Positions 9,241 to 16,631 of a stretch of 64,000 nt of DNA are shown here, piece by piece (within the stretch, counting starts at the first letter, position 1; the number at the start of each line of letters is the position of its first letter). Made by a program: the position numbers and the translations under genes. Origin of the DNA: Acidilobaceae archaeon (GTDB lineage: Archaea > Thermoproteota > Thermoprotei_A > Sulfolobales > Acidilobaceae); the NCBI GenBank assembly GCA_039630105.1, contig JBCNVO010000044.1, positions 9,304 through 73,303 of the forward strand. Reading direction: 5' to 3'. The notes beneath the pieces were generated by a model, which did no database searches, was not told the origin of the DNA, and worked only from the letters and a program-made list of their open reading frames with translations.

Positions 9241-11198
9241 AACTCCCTCACTACCTCCCCCATCAGAGGGTCGGGCCTGTAGCCGCCTAGCCTCTCCAGC
9301 TCCTCCTTAAAGCGCTCTCCCTTCAGGTGGGAGAGCAGTTTCCTCACTGCTTCCTTCCCCAGCTTCTCCTTTGGAATGAGGAAGTCGTACCTCTCCCAGC
9401 CAAGGCTCACGAAGTCCAAGTCGTATATCCTTGCAGCAGCCCTTATGGCAAGTCCCACGTCAGCCTTGCCTTGGGACACAGCTGCAGCCACTGCAGTGTG
9501 GGTCCTCACCTCGTAACTGTAGCCCTCAAGGGAGGAGGTCAGCTCCTCCAAGCTCAGCCCTCTCCTCTTTGCTAACTCCCTCAGCCTAGAGTCTAGCAGG
9601 AACCTGGTGCCAGAGCCCCTGTTCCTGTTAACCAGCCTTAGCCTCAGGAGGTCCTCTACGTCCCTCACCCCCATAGGGTTCCCTCTCTGCACGACCAGCC
9701 CTTGCTCGCGCAAGTACCCCCTCACGAGCACCACTCCCCTTGCTCCGTACTTCTCGAGGACGGGCACGTTGTACTCGCCGCTCTCCTCGTCCACTATGTG
9801 CAGCCCTGCAACGTCTGCCTCCCCCCTCACCGCGGACCTCATCCCCTCGAGGGAGCCCACGTTTATGGTCTTCGCGCGAATGCCTGAGATAGAGAGGAGC
9901 CTGTCCAAGGCTATGTCGTGGCTCCCCACGACGTACAGCTCTGCAGGGGAGTACTCGTGGGAGAAGAGCGTTACCTCTACCTCCTCCCCCTCCTGCAGGT
10001 ACTCTGCAGTCTCGGGCACCTGGATGAAGCCGTCGGCCTGAGCGAGCACTTTTATGGCCCCCGACTCTGCAGAGAGGGGGTAGGCAACAACGCCTTTCCC
10101 CGTGTCTATGAGGCTGACTGGGTAGAGCCCTCTCCTCCCCCTTGCCCCCTCCGCCCTCACTGCCAGCCTAGCTTTCAACTTCTGCTCCCTCTCCTCGAGA
10201 CACAACATCTTGAGGATCACTGGCTTCACGATCAGGCTGAATATCATGAGCGCAGAGCTGGGATAGCCTGGGAGCCCTACGAGCACCTTGCCTCCCCTCG
10301 ACAAGGCCAGAACAGTGGGCTTGCCCGGCTTGACCTTCAGGCCGTGGGCTATGACGCCCGGCGGGCCCATCTCAGCGAAAACTTTGTATATCATGTCTGT
10401 AGGCCCCGCAGAGGTGCCGCCGGAGACTATGACCATGTCGTAGCGAGCCTCTGCCTCTCTCAGGGTCTTCCTCATCTCTTCCATATCGTCCCTCACTATC
10501 CCTAGCAGGTGGGGCTCTGCGCCTAGCTTGAGCAGGGAGGAGTACACAGTGTAGCTGTTTATGTCGTAGATCTTCCCCACGCTGAGGGGCTCGCCTGGGG
10601 GCACAAGCTCGTCTCCAGTGGAGATCACTGCTACCCTAGGCCTTCTGAAGACTGGCACGTCCCTTACTCCAAGGGCTGCGAGGACCCCTATCTCCCTCTC
10701 CCCCAGTCTCGTGCACCTCCTCAGCACCATCTCGCCAGCTGCTATGTCGCCGCCTGCGCTGAGCACGTTCTCCCCTGGCACAGCTGGCCTGTAGAGCAGC
10801 ACCTTCTCCCCTGACCTCTTGGTGAACTCCACCATTGCCACAGCGTTTGCCCCCCCAGGGAGGAAGGCGCCAGTGGAGATCTCCACAGCTTCCCCTCTCC
10901 CTACCCTGATCTCTGCCCTGCTGCCAGGGGAGATGGAGCCCACCACCCTCAGCTCCACTGGGGAGAGCTCGCTGGCGCCGAACGTGTCCTCAGCCCTGAG
11001 CGCATAGCCGTCCACAGTGGACCTGTCGAAGTGGGGCACGTCTATCGCTGCGTAGACTTCCTCTGAAAGCACCCTGCCGAAGGCCCTCTCCAGGCTCACC
11101 CTCTCTGTCCCGAGAGGTCGCAGGCTGGCTGACCTCTCCAGAGCCCCTAGGGCTTCTTCGGGGGTGAGGAGCTTGTGGTATATTACCCTCTCCTTCAT
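9237..11198 (-). CDS. moeA: molybdopterin molybdo/tungsto-transferase MoeA fused to a C-terminal periplasmic-binding-protein-like domain
   Basis: 653 aa. MoeA hallmarks (DVPHFDRSTVDGYAL, VISTGDELV, VIVSGGTSAGPTD, KPGKP). An extra ~240 aa resembles the PBP-like/ModA-type fold (VVGSHD..., NRNRGSGTR...). Confidence 0.85.
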   Translation of the reverse strand: MKERVIYHKLLTPEEALGALERSASLRPLGTERVSLERAFGRVLSEEVYAAIDVPHFDRSTVDGYALRAEDTFGASELSPVELRVVGSISPGSRAEIRVGRGEAVEISTGAFLPGGANAVAMVEFTKRSGEKVLLYRPAVPGENVLSAGGDIAAGEMVLRRCTRLGEREIGVLAALGVRDVPVFRRPRVAVISTGDELVPPGEPLSVGKIYDINSYTVYSSLLKLGAEPHLLGIVRDDMEEMRKTLREAEARYDMVIVSGGTSAGPTDMIYKVFAEMGPPGVIAHGLKVKPGKPTVLALSRGGKVLVGLPGYPSSALMIFSLIVKPVILKMLCLEEREQKLKARLAVRAEGARGRRGLYPVSLIDTGKGVVAYPLSAESGAIKVLAQADGFIQVPETAEYLQEGEEVEVTLFSHEYSPAELYVVGSHDIALDRLLSISGIRAKTINVGSLEGMRSAVRGEADVAGLHIVDEESGEYNVPVLEKYGARGVVLVRGYLREQGLVVQRGNPMGVRDVEDLLRLRLVNRNRGSGTRFLLDSRLRELAKRRGLSLEELTSSLEGYSYEVRTHTAVAAAVSQGKADVGLAIRAAARIYDLDFVSLGWERYDFLIPKEKLGKEAVRKLLSHLKGERFKEELERLGGYRPDPLMGEVVREF

Positions 11199-11902
11199 AG
11201 CTCTACCCTCTCTGGGTAGGTCAGAACCTTTGCTTCCCCTCCCCTCACTAGCACTAGCGTGAGGCCGAGGAGAGCAGCGCTCCTGAAGCCGCCGTAAAGC
11301 AAGCTCTTGAAGCCCACAAGTATCGGGATACCAGAGTTAGCGACCATGGAGACGAGGTCGCTGGAGATCCTCCCAGAGGCTATGGCGACAGCTGATCCAG
11401 GATCTAGGCCTGAGATCAGCAATGCCCCTATGGCCTTTGCCACTGAGGAGAAGCGGCTGACGTCGAAAGCTACGATGCCCCTCCTAGAGCTCACCTCGTA
11501 TATGCCTGCGGCCTGCACTCCGTGGAACCTGTTCCTCTCCTCGAAGTCCCCCACCGCCTCCCAGAAGGTCTCCCTGTCCACCTTCAGCCTGGACCTCACG
11601 GGAGCTCCCCTCTCTACGAGACCAACGCAGTCGTCCACGAAAAGCCTAGGTCTCCTGGGCTCCCCCTTGAGCTTCACCTCAACTCTCCTCTCGTTTCTAG
11701 CAATGCCCAAAATGTCGCGCGGAGAGCTTGCTATGCGAGAGCCTACTAGGAAGCCCACTACTGCCTCCTCTACGTAGCTGGGGCTCATGACGAGAGTCGT
11801 CACGTAAGAGTTGTTAGCGTAGAGATCGAAGGCCTCGTCAACAGGCATTTTGATGCCCAGCTCCTCCCTGAACTCTGCCCTTGCCTCCTCGACCTGGAAC
11901 AA
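11195..11902 (-). CDS. fdhD: FdhD-like sulfurtransferase / Mo-bisPGD cofactor maturation protein
   Basis: 235 aa resembling FdhD family blocks (HGVQAAG, DVSRFSSVAKAIG, SGRISSDLVSMVANSGIPILV). 4-nt overlap with moeA. Confidence 0.6.
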   Translation of the reverse strand: MFQVEEARAEFREELGIKMPVDEAFDLYANNSYVTTLVMSPSYVEEAVVGFLVGSRIASSPRDILGIARNERRVEVKLKGEPRRPRLFVDDCVGLVERGAPVRSRLKVDRETFWEAVGDFEERNRFHGVQAAGIYEVSSRRGIVAFDVSRFSSVAKAIGALLISGLDPGSAVAIASGRISSDLVSMVANSGIPILVGFKSLLYGGFRSAALLGLTLVLVRGGEAKVLTYPERVEL

Positions 11903-11959
11903 GCTCTCCCCCGCATAGAAGGAGGAAAGTTATTATTGGCGAGGAGCCCGGGAGCTGTG

Positions 11960-12059
11960 TGGTGGGCCCGGAGGGATTCGAACCCCCGACCTACGGGTCT
12001 GGAGCCCCAGCCCACGCTCTGGCGTGGTCCGCCGCTCTGCCTGGCTGAGCTACGGGCCC
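11960..12059 (-). tRNA. tRNA-Trp (anticodon CCA) with a ~23-nt intron in the anticodon stem; CCA 3' end encoded
   Basis: Hand fold of the reverse complement. Acceptor GGGCCCG/CGGGCCC, D arm GCTC-AGCCAGGCA-GAGC, T arm GGGGG-TTCGAAT-CCCTC, discriminator A, then CCA. Removing ACCACGCCAGAGCGTGGGCTGGG (about 12006-12028) gives the anticodon arm GCGGG-CTCCAGA-CCCGT. Confidence 0.8.
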
Positions 12060-12087
12060 GCGCCCCTTCTTGAGAAGGGCCTGAAGA

Positions 12088-12570
12088 CTATAAACCTTTC
12101 AGGCTCTCCAGGAGCTTCTTCATGACCCTCAGCGTGAAGCCCCAGAGGACCAGGTCTCCCTCGAGCAGCACGCCGATCACCTTCCCCCTCCTCGGGTGCA
12201 CGACCTCTGCGGGCTCCTCCTTTGCTACGGAGAGAGGTATCCAGCCCGCAAAGTCTACCTCTCTGCTCTTGGGCCTGGGCTCTATGGGGCCCTTGGGAGT
12301 GCCAACTACGATCATGACCTTCCTCCTCCCCCTCCCTGCCACCTCCACGCCAAGATCTCCAAGCACCCTCACTGCGAAGGGCGGCACGTTCACCTCCTCC
12401 CACGCCTCCCTCAGGGCCGCCTGATGAGGGGTCTCACCGCCCTCTATCGAGCCTCCAGGGAAGGCTACGTCGCAGGCCCAGTAGCTCTCCACCTCGCAGG
12501 ACTTCCTCACTACGAGGATCTTAGGCTCCTTTCCCCAGACGAGAGCGAGGACAGCTGAGTCTGCTTCCAT
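12088..12570 (-). CDS. NUDIX hydrolase (CoA-pyrophosphatase-like)
   Basis: Nudix box FPGGSIEGGETPHQAALREAWEEVN. Confidence 0.8.
   Translation of the reverse strand: MEADSAVLALVWGKEPKILVVRKSCEVESYWACDVAFPGGSIEGGETPHQAALREAWEEVNVPPFAVRVLGDLGVEVAGRGRRKVMIVVGTPKGPIEPRPKSREVDFAGWIPLSVAKEEPAEVVHPRRGKVIGVLLEGDLVLWGFTLRVMKKLLESLKGL
12089..12095 (-). promoter_or_regulatory. TATA-like box (TTTATAG on the minus strand) for the tRNA-Trp gene
   Basis: Lies about 30 nt upstream of the tRNA 5' end (12059) and overlaps the 3' end of the NUDIX gene. Confidence 0.45.
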
Positions 12571-12591
12571 GGCCCCTCAGGAGAGGAGCTG

Positions 12592-13449
12592 TCAGGCTAA
12601 TATGGCTTTGATGTCCTTTGCTCTGGCGCTCAGGTAAGCGTAGAGGTTGTGAGGGTGGATGCTCTCATAGCTCTCAGCCTCCACCTCTATTAAGGCGTCT
12701 CCCCTCAGCTTTGCCTCCTCCACCACGTTCTTGGCTGCCTCCCTCACCACGTCCTCGAGTAGCTTAGGCCTCCTGAAGGCCTCCCTCACCAGCTTTGCCT
12801 CCTCAGCCCTCTTCAGGAGGGAGATGGAGGGGGCGGAGAGGCTTGCGAAGAGCGCCCTGGCGAGCTTCTCTACCCTCACCTGCTCCCCTCCCGTGACGAC
12901 CCTAGCCCTCAAGTTCACCCTCTGCATGTGGCTCACGCTCTCTCCGAAGGCTGCTTGTGCATACTCGAGGGCGCTGGGGCAGACTGTCATGCCTGTGACC
13001 TCTGCCGAGACCTTCCAGCTCCTCCCCCCTCCCTTCGTCATCTGCACCTCGGCCTCTATGTGAATGGGCTCTGTGCCCTTGATCCCCTCGAACTCCACTG
13101 GAACGTAGTAGACAGTCCTTGCCCTCGCAACGGCCTTTCTGGCATAGGCGTGCTTCTCCAGCAGCTTCCTGGCCACCTCTTCTAGGTACTCCTCTATGCT
13201 CCTCCCCTCCCCAGAGAGCACCTCCAAGACCTCCATGTTCCTTGAGAGGTGGGCACCTCTCCTGTCTTCAGAGATCTCTACGTATAGCTCCAGGGCTACG
13301 TCCAGGGTTACCTCGCCCTCTGGCGTGAGCAGCCTGATCCTTCTCTTCACGTCCTTGAAGCCTACTTTCTCTATGACCAGGGAGATCTCAGGCGCCCTGT
13401 CCTGCAGCTCCACTCCGGCTCCTAAAGAGGAGCCAAACGCTGAGCCCAA
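12592..13449 (-). CDS. mptA: GTP cyclohydrolase MptA/FolE2 family (type IV)
   Basis: 285 aa. N-terminal LQDRAPEISLVIEKVGFKDV and the RRGAHLSRNMEVL block match my recollection of the FolE2/MptA family. Confidence 0.65.
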   Translation of the reverse strand: MGSAFGSSLGAGVELQDRAPEISLVIEKVGFKDVKRRIRLLTPEGEVTLDVALELYVEISEDRRGAHLSRNMEVLEVLSGEGRSIEEYLEEVARKLLEKHAYARKAVARARTVYYVPVEFEGIKGTEPIHIEAEVQMTKGGGRSWKVSAEVTGMTVCPSALEYAQAAFGESVSHMQRVNLRARVVTGGEQVRVEKLARALFASLSAPSISLLKRAEEAKLVREAFRRPKLLEDVVREAAKNVVEEAKLRGDALIEVEAESYESIHPHNLYAYLSARAKDIKAILA

Positions 13450-13453
13450 ATAT

Positions 13454-15067
13454 TCAAGTCAGTTTGGAAAGCAGCGTTAGGTTGAGCTCTGCTATAGCTA
13501 CCGGGTACTCTAGGCCTACGTAGGACAGGACCTCAGGCCTCACCTCTCCCAGGAAGCCCACTACCTCTCCTTTCACAAGCACTTCTCCCGTCCTGCCGAC
13601 CATCGTTATAGCGTTCTCCCCAGGCCTCACAGAGAACTCTATGCCCAGAGCCCTGAGGACGCTGTAGAGGGGCGCCTGGACCTGCTCGTAGCTGACCTCC
13701 TCGTCCATGACGGCTATGGCAAGGTGCTCCTCGTCCACTATCTTGCCAGCCCTGAAAGCCACAGGCCCTATCTCGAAGACCTTCACGGGCTTGCTGGCAT
13801 GAGAAGCCTCAGAGAGCGTTTTCAGCATGGTGCTCGCAATGTTAGGCCTGAGCACGCTGTACTCTATCTGCACGGGGTTCAGGACCTCAACTGCTACCTC
13901 CCTAAGGCCCATGGACTCTAGCAGGGAGGGGCTAGTCAGGGAGAGCTGCATGACCTCTGTGAAGCCCATGCCTACTAGCAGGGAGCGGAGCCTCCTCTCC
14001 AGCAGGGAGAGCCTGTCGTAGCTCCCCCTGAGGGCGTACAGCTCCTTTGGCCTCTCGGGACCCAGGTTCTCGTAACCTATGTATATGGCTATGTCCTCTG
14101 CCAGGTCTATCGGCCTGAACACGTCCACGCGGAAGGGCGGCACCCTCACTATCAGCTCTTCGCCCTCGAGCTCCACATTGTACCTCATCCTCCTTAGCAA
14201 GGTCGCCGCCTCCTCCAGCGACAGCCTAGCCCCGAGCGCCCCCACCACCTCCCTCCCGCTGGCCCTGATCACCTTCTGCTCTAGGAGCGGGTACTCTGCC
14301 CCCCCTATCAGGACCTTGCCCACCCTCCCCCCTCTCTCCGCCAGGTTGACTGCCAGCAAGTCCAGGATCGCGGATGCTGTCTCGAGGCTAGTGGCTGTCA
14401 CGTCTATGAAGAGGTCCTTCGTGCCTACCTCAACCCTCGTCAGCTCGGAGTTCAGGACGGGGGGGACTGCTATGATCTCGCCCCCTGCCTCGAGGACAGG
14501 GTGCAGGCCTCCCTGCCTCGATATCGTGCCGTACTCGAGCCCCTTCTCGCTCTCCTCTAGCACCTCCCGGATCCTCCTCCTCCCCCCGCCGAGGGGCAGG
14601 AACTCTCTCTCCACGCTCTCCATCCTGTAAACGATCTGCTTGGAGGGGAGCTTGGAGAGGTCGTGGAAGCCTATGGCTGCCTTCTTCCTCCTCCTCCCAA
14701 GCCCCTCGTTCAGCTTCTCCTGGAACTGTATGAGCTCTTCCAGGAAGTCCTCGCTGTCCACGTTAACTCCATATACCACTGCAGCAACCACGTAGGGCCT
14801 TGTGGGCACATTCCCTACCTCTACCCTTACCCCGCTCCCCTCTGACGGGGGCTCCTTCCAGCCCTCCTCCCCCATAATGCCCCTAACTGCCCTGGCCAGC
14901 CCCTCTCCAATGAACATGTCAGGCCTGTCAGCGTTGATCTCCACTGCAACATATCCTTCTGCCTCTTCTGACTCGCACTTGAGCCTGAAGAGGGCCTCCC
15001 TCAGCTCCTCAGTGCCTAGTCCTGTCAGGCTGCTCAGCCTCCAGGGCCTGAACCTCAGGACTGGCAC
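13454..15067 (-). CDS. pheT: phenylalanine-tRNA ligase beta subunit
   Basis: 537 aa, archaeal-type PheT (B3/4 and B5 domains plus a class-II-like C-terminal domain). Lies immediately downstream of pheS. Confidence 0.9.
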   Translation of the reverse strand: MPVLRFRPWRLSSLTGLGTEELREALFRLKCESEEAEGYVAVEINADRPDMFIGEGLARAVRGIMGEEGWKEPPSEGSGVRVEVGNVPTRPYVVAAVVYGVNVDSEDFLEELIQFQEKLNEGLGRRRKKAAIGFHDLSKLPSKQIVYRMESVEREFLPLGGGRRRIREVLEESEKGLEYGTISRQGGLHPVLEAGGEIIAVPPVLNSELTRVEVGTKDLFIDVTATSLETASAILDLLAVNLAERGGRVGKVLIGGAEYPLLEQKVIRASGREVVGALGARLSLEEAATLLRRMRYNVELEGEELIVRVPPFRVDVFRPIDLAEDIAIYIGYENLGPERPKELYALRGSYDRLSLLERRLRSLLVGMGFTEVMQLSLTSPSLLESMGLREVAVEVLNPVQIEYSVLRPNIASTMLKTLSEASHASKPVKVFEIGPVAFRAGKIVDEEHLAIAVMDEEVSYEQVQAPLYSVLRALGIEFSVRPGENAITMVGRTGEVLVKGEVVGFLGEVRPEVLSYVGLEYPVAIAELNLTLLSKLT

Positions 15068-15070
15068 TTC

Positions 15071-16537
15071 TCACCACCTCGCCCTGAACCTCCTTATGAA
15101 GTCCACGTCGCTGGTATACAGGATCCTTATGTCTGGTATGCCGAAGCTCGCTGCTGCAAGCCTCTCTATACCAAAGCCCCAAGCCCCTATCGGGTAGTCC
15201 AGCCCTGCCATCTCCAGCACCTCTGGCCTGAACAGCCCTGCGCCGTACAGCTCCAACCATTTGCCGCTGGGGAGCTTCACGTAGCCCTCCACGCTGGGCT
15301 CTGTGAAGGGGAAGTAGGCGGGCTTGAACTTTGCCTCTAGCCCTAACCTCTCAGAGATGTCCTTGAGGGTGCCGAGGAGCTCCCTAAACGTGTAGCCCGG
15401 ATACCCCTCTATCCCGTCCAGCTGGTGGAACTCGGGGAGATGGGTCGCATCCACAGCGTCCCTTCTGTAAACTCTCCCTATTGTGAAGAACCTCATGGGT
15501 GGTCTAGGCCTACTGATCAGGGTGCGAGCTGAGACGGAGGTGGTCTGGCTCCGCAGCACTAGCCTAGCTGCCACCTGCGGGTCCCACTTGTACTTCCAGC
15601 TCCTCTCATGCGCCTCTGCAACCCTCCCGATGAGCTCCCCGTACTCTGACAGCTCGGCAGCCTCTCCCTTCAGCCAGAGGGAGTCGTGGATCTCCCTGGC
15701 TGGGTGATCTTGCGCTTGGAAGAGGAGGTCGAAGTTGAAGAGCTCTAGCTCCACCACGTTCCCCCTCACCTCCTTGAACCCCATCTCCTTGAAGAGGTCG
15801 CGCAGGAGCTCAATGAACTCTGCCAAGAAGTGCGCCCTCGCGGGGAGCACCTCTGGAGGCTCTGCCCTCACGTCATATGACCTGAACCTGAAGGACCTCC
15901 AGCTCCCGCTCCTCAGCATGGAGGAGGTGAGCCGGGACGCCTCTACCCTTGCCTCCCTGAGGACCTCCTGCAGGTCCTTTGTTACAGAGACCAGGAGCTC
16001 CCTCTCCTCTACCTCCTCTACGAGCCCTCTGCCCTTCAGCTCCTCGAACAGCTCCCTCTGCGGCGACCTCCCCTCCCTGCACTCCTCCAGGGCCCTCCTT
16101 AGGGCTGCTACCCTCTCCAGCGCTTCTTCCCTCGGCAGGGAGAACCTCACCATGCCCCCTTCCACTGCTATCAGCCCCTTCCTCCTCGCCTGCCCTATCG
16201 CTATCCCTGCCTCCTCCCCTAGCCTTGCAGAGAGCTCTGACAGCAGCGCCCCTCCCTCGCCTATGCTCCTCACCAGCCTCTCCTCTGGCAGCCCTCTCTG
16301 GAGCACGTTTTCCCCCCTCTGCGTGAGCCTAGGCCTCCTCGTCGAACTCTCCCTGACCTCTAGTATCCCTTTCTCCTTCAGCAGCATGAATATGCTGGCC
16401 AGCTTTGACCTCTCGAGCCCTAGAACTGCAGACGCTTGGGAGAGGGAGCCAGAGGAGAAGCCCCTCTCCCTCATCAGCTTAACTACTTCGTACTCTCCCT
16501 CGCTGAGGGCATAAACAATAGTCGATCCCGCTCTCAC
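15071..16537 (-). CDS. pheS: phenylalanine-tRNA ligase alpha subunit
   Basis: 488 aa. Class-II motifs (FRFRSYDV..., GRVYRRD, GAGLFRPEVL, AWGFGIERL). Confidence 0.9.
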   Translation of the reverse strand: MRAGSTIVYALSEGEYEVVKLMRERGFSSGSLSQASAVLGLERSKLASIFMLLKEKGILEVRESSTRRPRLTQRGENVLQRGLPEERLVRSIGEGGALLSELSARLGEEAGIAIGQARRKGLIAVEGGMVRFSLPREEALERVAALRRALEECREGRSPQRELFEELKGRGLVEEVEERELLVSVTKDLQEVLREARVEASRLTSSMLRSGSWRSFRFRSYDVRAEPPEVLPARAHFLAEFIELLRDLFKEMGFKEVRGNVVELELFNFDLLFQAQDHPAREIHDSLWLKGEAAELSEYGELIGRVAEAHERSWKYKWDPQVAARLVLRSQTTSVSARTLISRPRPPMRFFTIGRVYRRDAVDATHLPEFHQLDGIEGYPGYTFRELLGTLKDISERLGLEAKFKPAYFPFTEPSVEGYVKLPSGKWLELYGAGLFRPEVLEMAGLDYPIGAWGFGIERLAAASFGIPDIRILYTSDVDFIRRFRARW

Positions 16538-16631
16538 CTGAAGGTCGGGGCTTATAGGTTATGTGGTCAGTCCTCACACGGCCTCTCACAGGCAATGCCT
16601 CGACCCGGAGTCGCTCCTCATCCCGCCTCGA

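Noticed and set aside
16538-16631. Possible box C/D sRNA on the minus strand in the polB-pheS gap (GGATGAGG ... CTGA, about 56 nt apart).
   Set aside because: The C box deviates from RUGAUGA. No properly spaced D'/C' pair or 12-nt guide geometry could be drawn. The region is more simply the pheS promoter or leader.
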